A stretch of DNA of 63,786 bases from Eubacteriales bacterium (GTDB lineage: Bacteria > Bacillota > Clostridia > Oscillospirales > CAG-272), in contig JBGVPD010000075.1 of NCBI GenBank assembly GCA_045126815.1, positions 1 to 63,786 of the forward strand. The letters run 5' to 3'. Within the stretch, counting starts at the first letter, position 1. Every line of letters starts with the position of its first letter. The position numbers and the translations under genes were made by a program. Under the pieces are notes generated by a model that was not told the DNA's origin, ran no database searches, and saw only the letters and a program-made list of their open reading frames with translations. Shown here piece by piece: positions 46,854 through 55,751 of the stretch.

Positions 46854-47786
46854 TTAATAATCAAATAATTCTGTTGAAAGATACCTGTCTCCCGAATCAG
46901 TTAACAAAACAACAATTTTTTTCTCTTTGTACTGTTCTTTTTTTGCGATCGATTCAGCAGCTTTTAGTGCAGCTCCCGAAGAAATGCCGACTAAAATCCC
47001 TTCAGATTTTGCCATCAATCTGCTCATAGAAAAAGCATCTTCATCACTTACCGTTATAATTTCATCAATTATATCTCTGTTAAGCACCTCGGGAATGAAA
47101 TTAGCTCCTATTCCCTGTATTTTATGAGCTCCTGCAACTCCTTTAGATAACAACGGAGAATTTTCCGGTTCTACTGCAATTATTTTTACATCAGGATTTA
47201 CGCTTTTTAAATATTCTCCAACGCCGGTAAGCGTACCGCCCGTTCCGACCGTAGCAATAAATACATCAACGTCATTATCCATATCTCTCCATATTTCAGG
47301 ACCGGTAGATGTTTTGTGAGCTTTGGGATTTGACATATTATCAAATTGACCGGGAATGAAAGAATTATCATATTTTTTTGCAATTTTTTGAGCTTCGGCA
47401 ATAGCGCCGGACATTCCAAGTTCGCCCTTTGTGAGTACGGTTTCTGCACCATACGCTTTTAGAAGTCTTATTCTCTCCGATGACATCGTATCCGGCATAG
47501 TAAGTATAACTCGGTAACCTCTTGACGTTGCAACTGCTGCTAAACCTATACCTGTGTTTCCGCTTGTAGGTTCAACTATAACAGCGCCTTTTTTTATTAA
47601 TCCTCTCTCTTCGGCATCAACGATCATTGATAGTGCCACTCTGTCTTTAGCGCTTCCTGCCGGATTAAACCCTTCAAGTTTTGCATATATTTTGTTTTCA
47701 ATATTAACTGCTTTACAAAAACCGTTTAATTCAATTATAGGAGTGTTCCCTATCAATTCGGTAATGTTTTTCTTTACGTTTAACAC
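46854..47786 (-). CDS. cysK: Cysteine synthase A (O-acetylserine sulfhydrylase)
   Basis: ITELIGNTPIIELN, PLP lysine context NPAGSAKDR, and GTGGT. GTG 47786 follows AGGAG at 9 nt; the track start TTG 47804 overlaps the RBS. Confidence 0.95.
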   Translation of the reverse strand: MLNVKKNITELIGNTPIIELNGFCKAVNIENKIYAKLEGFNPAGSAKDRVALSMIVDAEERGLIKKGAVIVEPTSGNTGIGLAAVATSRGYRVILTMPDTMSSERIRLLKAYGAETVLTKGELGMSGAIAEAQKIAKKYDNSFIPGQFDNMSNPKAHKTSTGPEIWRDMDNDVDVFIATVGTGGTLTGVGEYLKSVNPDVKIIAVEPENSPLLSKGVAGAHKIQGIGANFIPEVLNRDIIDEIITVSDEDAFSMSRLMAKSEGILVGISSGAALKAAESIAKKEQYKEKKIVVLLTDSGDRYLSTELFDY

Positions 47787-47822
47787 AAGAAAAATCTCCT
47801 TCAAATGATTTTCATTTTTTAT

Positions 47823-47851
47823 ATAATATCATTATTTTTGCTATTTTTCAA
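47823..47851 (-). promoter_or_regulatory. Sigma-A promoter of cysK-deoB-vanZ
   Basis: Minus strand: TTGAAA, 17-nt spacer, TATTAT. Confidence 0.55.
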
Positions 47852-47957
47852 TAGAAGTTTTGAACAATTCCTTCCGTATAACGTTGGATATAAAATTATT
47901 GTATGTATTGTTCAAATTATTTTAATGGAGAACTGTGTAATTTAGTTGAAAAATATC

Positions 47958-47986
47958 TTGCAATTAAATGATTTTTGTTGTATAAT
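47958..47986 (+). promoter_or_regulatory. Sigma-A promoter of the membrane protein/LtaS-like genes
   Basis: TTGCAA, 17-nt spacer, TATAAT. Confidence 0.7.
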
Positions 47987-48027
47987 ATAATGTATTATTT
48001 TAACAATTTATACATAACGGAGGATTT

Positions 48028-48393
48028 ATGATCAATATTATTTGTTTGGTCTTCCCTGCACTCTTTTCTGTTTTTGCGTTGGAAAGACTTTTATCAAAAA
48101 AATTATATCTTCGAAATTTCCTTTTTGTGTTTGTAACTAATACAATTTTTATTAACTTATCGACCTTTATCTGTATTTATTGTTTTACAGATTACAGAAC
48201 CGTTATTTTAGCTGAAAACGGCGGAGTAAGAATTTCCCACAGCTTTGCATTTTTATTAATTTCTGTAGTAGTCTCATTACTTTTGGTTACTTTCGAGTCG
48301 CTTTACTATAACAGACTCAGAATAGCCTTTGGTGACAACAAAAAAGACGTCTTGGACGAGCATACGAAAAATACCGATAAAAATAAGAGGTAA
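48028..48393 (+). CDS. Small polytopic membrane protein (hypothetical)
   Basis: 121 aa, 3-4 TM segments, hydrophilic tail; RBS GGAGGA. Confidence 0.6.
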   Translation: MINIICLVFPALFSVFALERLLSKKLYLRNFLFVFVTNTIFINLSTFICIYCFTDYRTVILAENGGVRISHSFAFLLISVVVSLLLVTFESLYYNRLRIAFGDNKKDVLDEHTKNTDKNKR

Positions 48394-48399
48394 TCAGTA

Positions 48400-49917
48400 A
48401 TGAAAAAACGTAAAACACTGTTGGCAATAATAGTGGGAACATTATTATTCATATCGGTTTTGGCTTTTTTATCTGCACTGTGGTATAAAAACTTGTATGG
48501 AGACGTAGGTTTTTCTGCTATAATTTTTACACTTACGGCTGAAAACGGCGGCGCTGTTGAAAAAAACCTCTTGTTAAGTTTCTTCCTTAGGGGATTATTA
48601 CCCTCCATAATCTTGACGGTTTTGTTTATGCTTTTCCTTTGGGGAAACCCTAAAAAAGGTTTGCAGATCAAAAGTATAAAAAAGAATAAAACTTATCAGA
48701 TCACACCTTTTTCAACCAAAGTTTCGTTAATCACCTCAGTATGTTTGACTTTGTTTTTAACTATTATAGCTTCGGATATAGTCTCACTTCCCCAATATAT
48801 CGCATCTTCTCTTGAGAAAACAACGATTTACGAAAAAGAATACAGAGATCCCGAAAGCGTAAAGATCACTTTCCCTGAAGAAAAGAGAAATTTGATCATA
48901 ATTCATCTTGAGTCTATGGAGACCTCGTTTTTTTCACAAGCACAAGGCGGCGCTTTACCCTATAACGTCATACCTGAACTGTACGATTTAGCTAAAAAGA
49001 ATATCAACTTTTCTCATAATCAGGATATCGGTGGATGGCCTGTTGTTACAAATACGACATGGACGGTAGCATCACTCGTTTCTCAAACTTCAGGTGTTCC
49101 GTTAACTATTCCCGTAAAAAGAAATACATACGGCAAAAAAAGTGCTTTTCTTCCCGGAATAACGAATATGCAAGACGTGCTCAAGAAAAATGGGTACTAT
49201 CAGACAGTTATGTTTGGTTCTGAAGGAAACTATGCCGGTCGTGACCAGTATTATTATCAGCACGGTGCAGATTTTGTATACGATTGGGATACAGCTCAAA
49301 AAGACGGTATCATTGAAAAGGGATATCAAGTTTGGTGGGGTATGGAAGACGAGTATCTTTACAAATACGCCAAACAAGAACTTCTTGAAATATCAAAAAA
49401 CGATCAACCGTTTGCTTTTTCGATGCTTACAGTTGATACCCACCACGTCGGCGGATATAAATGCAGTTTGTGCACAACCCAATATGAAGAACAGTACGAA
49501 AACGTATACTCGTGCGCCAGTAAACAATTATACAGCTTCATTTGTTGGTTGGAAATGCAAGATTTTTATGATGACACAACGATTATAATATGCGGTGACC
49601 ACGCAAGTATGGACGCGGCTTACTTTGAAAGAAACGTTGACAGAGATTATTCAAGGCATATGTATAATTGTATTATAAATTCTGTTGTTGAGACAAAAAA
49701 CACAAAGGACAGAGAATTTACTCCCATGGATATGTTCCCTACTGTTTTAGCAGCTATTGGGTGTGAAATAGAAGGCAACAGACTAGGACTCGGAACAAAT
49801 TTATTTTCTGACAGACCAACTCTTGCCGAAGAATATACGATTGATTTTCTGAACGATGAACTCGGTAAATCATCAAGTTACTATACAAACAATTTTGTAA
49901 AATATAAACATAAATAA
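48400..49917 (+). CDS. LTA synthase/sulfatase-family membrane enzyme (LtaS-like phosphoglycerol transferase)
   Basis: N-terminal TM segments plus an extracellular sulfatase fold: [29 protein letters not shown]. Confidence 0.85.
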   Translation: MKKRKTLLAIIVGTLLFISVLAFLSALWYKNLYGDVGFSAIIFTLTAENGGAVEKNLLLSFFLRGLLPSIILTVLFMLFLWGNPKKGLQIKSIKKNKTYQITPFSTKVSLITSVCLTLFLTIIASDIVSLPQYIASSLEKTTIYEKEYRDPESVKITFPEEKRNLIIIHLESMETSFFSQAQGGALPYNVIPELYDLAKKNINFSHNQDIGGWPVVTNTTWTVASLVSQTSGVPLTIPVKRNTYGKKSAFLPGITNMQDVLKKNGYYQTVMFGSEGNYAGRDQYYYQHGADFVYDWDTAQKDGIIEKGYQVWWGMEDEYLYKYAKQELLEISKNDQPFAFSMLTVDTHHVGGYKCSLCTTQYEEQYENVYSCASKQLYSFICWLEMQDFYDDTTIIICGDHASMDAAYFERNVDRDYSRHMYNCIINSVVETKNTKDREFTPMDMFPTVLAAIGCEIEGNRLGLGTNLFSDRPTLAEEYTIDFLNDELGKSSSYYTNNFVKYKHK

Positions 49918-49933
49918 AAGCGGAGGATTTATT

Positions 49934-50914
49934 ATGCAAAACAACAAAAGACCCGAAAATATGGCTCGTATTACCACACAGGAACTGGCTAACAAGTTTA
50001 TTGATGAGCAAGTTGCGGAGATAAGAAAACAAGTTGGAGATAAAAAAGTACTTCTCGCACTTTCCGGAGGGGTTGACTCTTCAGTAGTTGCAGCTCTACT
50101 TATTAAAGCTATCGGAAAACAACTTGTATGCGTACACGTTAACCACGGCTTAATGCGTAAAGGTGAAAGTGAACAAGTTATCGAAGTATTCGGAAAAGAA
50201 CTTGATGCAAACCTTATTTACGTAAATGCAACTGATAGATTCCTTGATCTTCTTAAAGGCGAAGCTGATCCTGAAAAGAAACGTAAGATCATTGGTAATG
50301 AATTTATAAAAGTTTTTGATGAAGAAGCGTCAAAACTTGAAGGCATATCATTCCTCGCGCAAGGAACAATATATCCTGACATTATCGAGTCTAAAGGCGT
50401 TAAGGCTCACCACAACGTAGGGGGACTTCCTGAAGATATGCAGTTTGAACTTGTTGAACCCGTACGTCTTCTTTATAAAGACGAAGTAAGAGTTGTCGGA
50501 GATGCGCTCGGACTTCCTCACAATATGGTTTACCGTCAGCCGTTCCCCGGCCCGGGTCTTGGTGTTAGATGTCTCGGTGCAATCACGAGAGACAGACTTG
50601 AAGCTCTCAGAGAAGCAGATGCTATCTTACGTGAAGAATTTGACAACTACGGTCTTGCAGGTAAAGTATGGCAGTATTTTATTTCAGTACCCGATATGAA
50701 GAGTGTTGGTGTTAGAAACGATTTAAGATATGAAGGTTGGCCTGCAATTATCCGCGCCGTAAATACAAGCGACGCTATGACTGCAACTATCGAAGAAATT
50801 CCTTATGAACTCCTTCATAAGATCACAGCACGAATCACAAGCGAAGTTGAGGGCATTAACCGTGTTCTTTACGACCTTACTCCCAAACCCACAGGTACTA
50901 TCGAGTGGGAATGA
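49934..50914 (+). CDS. guaA: GMP synthase ATP-pyrophosphatase/dimerisation domains only (no GATase domain)
   Basis: PP-loop [11 protein letters not shown], then [10 protein letters not shown] and the C-terminal [10 protein letters not shown]. 326 aa, versus about 510-525 aa for the fused bacterial enzyme. Confidence 0.9.
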   Translation: MQNNKRPENMARITTQELANKFIDEQVAEIRKQVGDKKVLLALSGGVDSSVVAALLIKAIGKQLVCVHVNHGLMRKGESEQVIEVFGKELDANLIYVNATDRFLDLLKGEADPEKKRKIIGNEFIKVFDEEASKLEGISFLAQGTIYPDIIESKGVKAHHNVGGLPEDMQFELVEPVRLLYKDEVRVVGDALGLPHNMVYRQPFPGPGLGVRCLGAITRDRLEALREADAILREEFDNYGLAGKVWQYFISVPDMKSVGVRNDLRYEGWPAIIRAVNTSDAMTATIEEIPYELLHKITARITSEVEGINRVLYDLTPKPTGTIEWE

Positions 50915-50947
50915 TATAGTAAATAAATCTTAAGGAGAATTATATCA

Positions 50948-52480
50948 ATGCAATTAACAGCCTTTATTCTTTACTTTGTTCTTATTCTAGGCGTTGGTTT
51001 GTACTTTTTCTTTGCATCTAAAAATGACGGCGAGAAGGAATATTTTCTTGGCGGACGTTCAATGGGCCCTTGGGTAACCGCTATGAGCGCACAGGCATCA
51101 GATATGTCCGGTTGGCTTTTAATGGGATTCCCCGGCAGTATTTTAGCTTTTGGTATGGGCAAAGTGTGGATAGGTATCGGACTTGCTCTCGGTACCGCGG
51201 CAAACTGGATCTTCGTTGCAAAACGTTTGCGCCGTTTTTCCCGTGCATCAGGTGATTCTATCACACTTCCCCAGTATCTTACAAACAGATTCGCATCACA
51301 AAACCCTTTGCTAAAAATTGTATGTGCAGTAATATTTTTGATTAGCTTTACAGTATACGTTTCATCGGCGTTTGTTGCAGGAAAAAGCGTAATGGTAGCG
51401 GTTATTCCTTGGTTTGCCGATAAGGCTCTGTTGGCTATGGGATTGTTTGCTGTTCTTATTCTGATATACACGTTCCTCGGTGGATATAAAGCAGTATGCT
51501 GGACAGACTTTTTTCAAGGTCTTATGATGCTTATAGCTTTACTTGCTGTACCGATCGTTATGGCTCTCGGCAAGTTTGACACATCTTTCTTAGGCAGTTT
51601 TGCAGAAGGCGTTTCGGCATTTGAATCTAACCCCTTTACAGCTGACTGGAGAGATATTGTAACGGGTCTTTCTTGGGGGCTTGGTTATTTCGGTATGCCT
51701 CATATTATAGTTCGTTTTATGGGAATTAAAAAACCCTCTCAAGTTAATAAAGCTTCAACTGTTGCGATTATATGGGTTATTCTTTCTCTTGGTAGTGCAA
51801 TTGCCATTTCCGTAATTGGAAGAACTTTCTTGTTAACAGACGGAACTTCATTGGCTGAAAAACTTTTGTTAACAAACAGTCAGGAAAAAATATTTATTAC
51901 ACTTGCTCAGGATATATTCCCCCCTGTAATCGCAGGACTGTTATTGGCTGCAATCGTTGCTGCCGCTATGTCAACGGCTGACTCACAGCTCCTCGTTGCA
52001 TCTTCATCCTTTACAAGCGACCTTTATAAACCCCTTCTCCGTAAAAACAAAGCTACCGAAAAGGAAATTCTTTGGGTGGGCAGAATTGTTGTTTTGATAG
52101 TAAGTGTAGTTGCATTTTTTATAGCATCAAGTAATTCAAGCTGGTCAAACAGTATTATGAGCATGGTTGAAAATGCATGGGGACTCTTTGGTGCCGCTTT
52201 CGGACCTGTTGTTATTCTCTCGCTCTTCTGGCGCAGACTCAACTATCCCGGTGCGTGTGCAGGTATAATAATCGGAGCTATTGTTGATATTGCATGGTTG
52301 TTATGCTTTACAAACACAATAACAACAGCCATTATTTATCCGACAGGAATATATGAAATTCTTCCCGGATTTGTAGCAGGATTAATTGCTGCAGTTGTAG
52401 TTTCTCTCTGTACAAAGCAACCTTCGGCTGAAGTTAATGCAATATTTGATTCGGCAACAGATGTATCAATCGACGATTAA
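50948..52480 (+). CDS. putP: Sodium:proline symporter (SSF family)
   Basis: 510 aa, about 13 TM segments. EYFLGGRSMGPWVTAMSAQASDMSGWLLMGFPG is typical of PutP. Confidence 0.9.
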   Translation: MQLTAFILYFVLILGVGLYFFFASKNDGEKEYFLGGRSMGPWVTAMSAQASDMSGWLLMGFPGSILAFGMGKVWIGIGLALGTAANWIFVAKRLRRFSRASGDSITLPQYLTNRFASQNPLLKIVCAVIFLISFTVYVSSAFVAGKSVMVAVIPWFADKALLAMGLFAVLILIYTFLGGYKAVCWTDFFQGLMMLIALLAVPIVMALGKFDTSFLGSFAEGVSAFESNPFTADWRDIVTGLSWGLGYFGMPHIIVRFMGIKKPSQVNKASTVAIIWVILSLGSAIAISVIGRTFLLTDGTSLAEKLLLTNSQEKIFITLAQDIFPPVIAGLLLAAIVAAAMSTADSQLLVASSSFTSDLYKPLLRKNKATEKEILWVGRIVVLIVSVVAFFIASSNSSWSNSIMSMVENAWGLFGAAFGPVVILSLFWRRLNYPGACAGIIIGAIVDIAWLLCFTNTITTAIIYPTGIYEILPGFVAGLIAAVVVSLCTKQPSAEVNAIFDSATDVSIDD

Positions 52481-52500
52481 ATTTAAAAAACAAATAATAT

Positions 52501-52537
52501 GGCTTAAGATAGACAATATCTTAAGCCTTTTATTTTT
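52501..52537 (+). terminator. Terminator after putP
   Basis: GGCTTAAGATA / TATCTTAAGCC stem followed by TTTTATTTTT. Confidence 0.85.
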
Positions 52538-52604
52538 AGGAATATTACACCGTCGATTGTATAATAAGTAGAAAGCATTAACAAAAAAAGAAAGGTGAAG
52601 AATT

Positions 52605-53654
52605 ATGAAAAAGAAAAAAACAATAATTATCTTATCTGTAATATTGCTTATACTTATAATACCAATACCTGTAGGCGCTCTTAAAGACGGCGGAACTAGA
52701 GTGTATTCTGCGCTATCGTACAAAATCGTATGTTGGAATAAAATGACCGACGACGGTATATATAAGAAAACAAAAATATACCCCTTCCCTTTAAATCTTC
52801 TTCCGCTCACTTCTCTGTTTAACCTTGAAAACGTAGACAACACGAGATCTTCATATTCCACTGACAAGACACCAAAACAAACAGATCCTGCCGAAACAAA
52901 CGACCAGGATATAGGAATTAAATACGAAGAACCGTCTGTTGAAAACATAAATTTTTCGGCTTATTATGTAAGAACCGATGGTCATATTGAAAATACAAAA
53001 TACCCAAAAATAACAATTATCAGATCTGTAAAAGATTTAGAAGATTATTATAAAGCTAACAGTAATAGTTATAGCCTCGGATATGATTATCACGATGATG
53101 TCCATTCCGAAAGAAATATAGAGTTTCTTGATATTTGTAAAAAGTACGACGAAGAATATTTTAAAAAGCAAATTTTAATTCTTGTTTTGCTTGAAGAAGG
53201 CAGTGGTTCTGTCAGACACAAAGTAGAACGAATGGAACTTATTACAGAAGATAATATAAAAAAGGTTGTAATAAATATAAACAGACTAATACCTGAAGCC
53301 GGTACCGACGATATGGCTTATTGGCACGTTTTTATTGAACCCGAAAAGAATTTAGAGATTGACAGCAAAGATCAGATTGAAATATACTTTGGAAAAAAAG
53401 ATGCAACTGAAAATGATAGAATTATTACAAGAGAAGAAGCTATGATGCTCGCTGATATCGTTCGAGCGATCGATATCCCGCCGATAAACGCAGTATTTGA
53501 TTCAAAAAACAAAGTATGGTACGTATACTGTCACAAAGAAGGCGAACCTGACGGTATGGCTGACGAGGGACATCAAACGATTATGATTTCCGGAGATGGA
53601 AGTAGTTTTCTTATCAATCCCGTATTTAATGAATGGACATATGAAAATGAATAA
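52605..53654 (+). CDS. Secreted or membrane-anchored hypothetical protein, 349 aa (paralog module A)
   Basis: N-terminal anchor plus the module IPIPVGALKDGGTRVYSALSYKIVCWNKMTDDGIYKKTKIY, shared with the next ORF. RBS AAAGGTGA. Confidence 0.7.
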   Translation: MKKKKTIIILSVILLILIIPIPVGALKDGGTRVYSALSYKIVCWNKMTDDGIYKKTKIYPFPLNLLPLTSLFNLENVDNTRSSYSTDKTPKQTDPAETNDQDIGIKYEEPSVENINFSAYYVRTDGHIENTKYPKITIIRSVKDLEDYYKANSNSYSLGYDYHDDVHSERNIEFLDICKKYDEEYFKKQILILVLLEEGSGSVRHKVERMELITEDNIKKVVININRLIPEAGTDDMAYWHVFIEPEKNLEIDSKDQIEIYFGKKDATENDRIITREEAMMLADIVRAIDIPPINAVFDSKNKVWYVYCHKEGEPDGMADEGHQTIMISGDGSSFLINPVFNEWTYENE

Positions 53655-53895
53655 GAAATATATAATTGTGTGCTTATTATTAATTGCCGTGTTGTTTATT
53701 CCAATACCGCGTGGAACATACGACGACGGCGGATCAAAAGAGTATGTCGCATTTACGTACAAAATAATAAAATGGAATAGATTAACTTCAGACGGAATTT
53801 ACAAAAAAACAAGAATATATTTTTTCAAAGATAAATACAAAACGATAGATGAATTAGCGGAAATCGAATTTGACAATATAAAAAAGGTGGGCTGA
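53647..53895 (+). CDS. Secreted or membrane-anchored hypothetical protein, about 82 aa (paralog module B, module-only)
   Basis: MNKKYIIVCLLLIAVLFIPIPRGTYDDGGSKEYVAFTYKIIKWNRLTSDGIYKKTRIY. It overlaps the stop of the upstream gene; ATG 53641 is an alternative start. Confidence 0.65.
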   Translation: MNKKYIIVCLLLIAVLFIPIPRGTYDDGGSKEYVAFTYKIIKWNRLTSDGIYKKTRIYFFKDKYKTIDELAEIEFDNIKKVG

Positions 53896-53911
53896 ACAAG
53901 CTCACCTTTTT
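53884..53911. terminator. Bidirectional terminator at a convergent junction
   Basis: GGTGGGC / GCTCACC stem (one G-U pair) flanked by A5 and T5. It overlaps the TGA of the 82-aa ORF. Confidence 0.7.
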
Positions 53912-53917
53912 CAATAT

Positions 53918-54067
53918 TTATAAATCGTCTGCATCTTGAATAGGTTGGTCATATTTATCTAGCGGTATTCCTGTATAGCTTCCATTAGGATCCGTCTTAA
54001 AACTTCCGTTGTCATTAAATAGATCTATAACTTTGTCAGTTATATTTTGCTTTTTGCACTTTTTCAT
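53918..54067 (-). CDS. Small protein, 49 aa (MKKCKKQNITDKVIDLFNDNGSFKTDPNGSYTGIPLDKYDQPIQDADDL), absent from the supplied ORF track
   Basis: RBS GGGGTGA lies 5 nt before the ATG at 54067. It is below the track's length cut-off. The C-terminal GSYTG...P(I/V)QDADDL resembles small Clostridial proteins I recall but cannot name. Confidence 0.5.
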   Translation of the reverse strand: MKKCKKQNITDKVIDLFNDNGSFKTDPNGSYTGIPLDKYDQPIQDADDL

Positions 54068-54127
54068 ATAATCACCCCTTTGTATTATTATAATAATTTG
54101 TTAGGGGGATATGTGCTGTAATTTCAG

Positions 54128-54709
54128 TTACTTAATATCAATTAATTCCAATAATTCTTTTAACTGTCCTTCAGTAAGTTTTGTTATTACCGTATCTGTA
54201 TGTTTGTTATAAACAGTATTACCGACTAATTTATACTCTATTATAGTTCCGTCATTAAATGATAAAGAAATATCGTAATCTTTGAGAACTGCAGAGGAGT
54301 CGGACGTTACATTTTCAACCTTTATGAAGTCATCTTCATTTTCAACAACAAAATCATTACTGCTTACATCGTCTTTATTTCCGTCATCTGTATTCTTTTG
54401 GAGTAACAGGTTAGTAAATTGTTTTATTGTATTTTCGTTATCGTAATTTTTAAAAAAGCTATCACCGGAAGAAACACTTATGGACACAACAAAAATATCA
54501 TTTTCTATAAAATCCAAACTACTATCTTCATTAGGAGCTAGATCCTCACTGTTTTTTTGTTGCGCAATTGAAATAAAATACGGTAAACATAGTATTAAAA
54601 CAAAACATGGAATTGATGTATAAATTATCCTATTTCTTTTCTTGATCTTTTTGATTTTTTCTTCGCTTCGTTTAAAAATTTCTGTCTTTCTTTCTTCAAA
54701 ACTTCTCAT
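54128..54709 (-). CDS. Single-pass membrane protein translationally coupled to the sigma factor (putative anti-sigma factor, non-ZAS)
   Basis: ATGA overlap with the sigma gene. Short basic cytoplasmic N-terminus, one TM (IIYTSIPCFVLILCLPYFI), then an extracellular domain. Confidence 0.6.
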   Translation of the reverse strand: MRSFEERKTEIFKRSEEKIKKIKKRNRIIYTSIPCFVLILCLPYFISIAQQKNSEDLAPNEDSSLDFIENDIFVVSISVSSGDSFFKNYDNENTIKQFTNLLLQKNTDDGNKDDVSSNDFVVENEDDFIKVENVTSDSSAVLKDYDISLSFNDGTIIEYKLVGNTVYNKHTDTVITKLTEGQLKELLELIDIK

Positions 54710-55254
54710 AAAAGGTTAGTTCCCTCCTCTCCTAATATAGACCTTAGTTCTGTCTTTGCACGATAAAGTAAATTATCTATTTGTTTCCTGGTTTTGTTCA
54801 TAACTATAGAAGCGTCTTTATACGACATATCTTCAAAATAAATAAGATGAATGACAGTCTGCATTTCCGAATTTAACTTTTGAATTGCAGCATAAATCGC
54901 TCTTTTTTTCTCGTTAGAAAGAATTAAGTTTTCAATAGTCTCAACATCGGCTTTGTTTTCTGCTTCGTTAAGCGGAACAAAATTAATTATTTTCCTGCGT
55001 TTTATATGATTTAATGCGCGTGACTTACCTATCATAAAAAGATATGTTTTTAACGAAACCTTAAAATTATACCGATTTTTATGTACTATAAGCTCAGAAA
55101 AAGCGTCAATTGCTATATCTTCTGCTACATGAACGTCGTTAACATATCTATTTACAAAGAACACAAGACTATCAAAGTAATCGTTCATTATGTCGTCAAA
55201 CGCACTTTCATCTCCATCAAGAAAACGGCGGTAGCTACAAGCACCGTTATCCAT
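54706..55254 (-). CDS. ECF-type sigma-70 family RNA polymerase sigma factor
   Basis: Region 2 (VAEDIAIDAFSELI) and region 4 HTH (MSYKDASIVMNKTRKQIDNLLYRAK); 182 aa. Confidence 0.9.
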   Translation of the reverse strand: MDNGACSYRRFLDGDESAFDDIMNDYFDSLVFFVNRYVNDVHVAEDIAIDAFSELIVHKNRYNFKVSLKTYLFMIGKSRALNHIKRRKIINFVPLNEAENKADVETIENLILSNEKKRAIYAAIQKLNSEMQTVIHLIYFEDMSYKDASIVMNKTRKQIDNLLYRAKTELRSILGEEGTNLL

Positions 55255-55347
55255 AAGACTCCTCCTTTTTTACGCGCTCGCTTATTATACAATTAAATGC
55301 AACATATTCCTTTTTTATTTTATCATATTTTTTGGGCATTGTCTATA

Positions 55348-55376
55348 TTGCCAAGTGTCGTTTAATATGTTATAAT
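55348..55376 (+). promoter_or_regulatory. Sigma-A promoter of the TSCPD gene
   Basis: TTGCCA, 17-nt spacer, TATAAT. Confidence 0.7.
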
Positions 55377-55403
55377 CTTAAAAAATGACGGACGGGTGAT
55401 TTT

Positions 55404-55667
55404 ATGAAATTTAGTTACAAAACAAAAAACGTATGCTCAATGGAAATCAGTTTTGATATAAATGATAATGTAATTACTAACGTTTCTTTTTTGGGTGGCT
55501 GTAACGGTAATTTAAAGGCGATATCAAAGCTTGTCGACGGAATGACAGTTGAACAGATCGAAGAAAAATTAAAGGGCAATACGTGCGGTTTTAGACCAAC
55601 TTCATGCGCAGACCAACTTGCAATTGCTGTTAGATTGGGATATGAAAAATCAAAAGAAGAAAAATAG
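55404..55667 (+). CDS. TSCPD-domain protein (TIGR03905-like)
   Basis: 87 aa; GGCNGNLKAIS...CGFRPTSCADQL matches the stand-alone TSCPD family. Confidence 0.8.
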   Translation: MKFSYKTKNVCSMEISFDINDNVITNVSFLGGCNGNLKAISKLVDGMTVEQIEEKLKGNTCGFRPTSCADQLAIAVRLGYEKSKEEK

Positions 55668-55751
55668 AATTAATTATTGGTTTTTAGTATTGATTTTTTT
55701 AATATTTTAATGTATCATAATATATGTTAAAAATTGACGGAGGATTAAAAA

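Noticed and set aside
47855-47915. CymR-type operator or T-box/S-box leader upstream of cysK
   Set aside because: Only a GGAATT core and a 10-bp inverted repeat (TTTGAACAAT...ATTGTTCAAA) are present. The match to the 27-nt CymR consensus is poor. The transcribed leader is about 30 nt, too short for a riboswitch or T-box.
48028-49917. Split or nonsense-interrupted LtaS gene (the 121-aa and 505-aa ORFs are in the same frame, separated by one TAA plus two codons)
   Set aside because: The downstream ORF has its own good RBS (AAGAGG, 9 nt) and a typical MKKRK signal-anchor N-terminus. The upstream ORF ends in a hydrophilic tail. Fusing them would give more TM segments than LtaS enzymes have. Two genuine genes is more likely, though comparison with relatives would settle it.
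50971-51471. 166-aa ORF antisense to putP
   Set aside because: The sense frame is a clear SSF transporter. The antisense product is Arg/Pro-rich, which is typical of reverse-strand artefacts.
52466-52948. 160-aa minus-strand ORF overlapping the putP terminator and the start of the 349-aa gene
   Set aside because: It runs through a terminator and a promoter region in antisense, and the sense gene has an RBS and a signal anchor. It is a shadow ORF.
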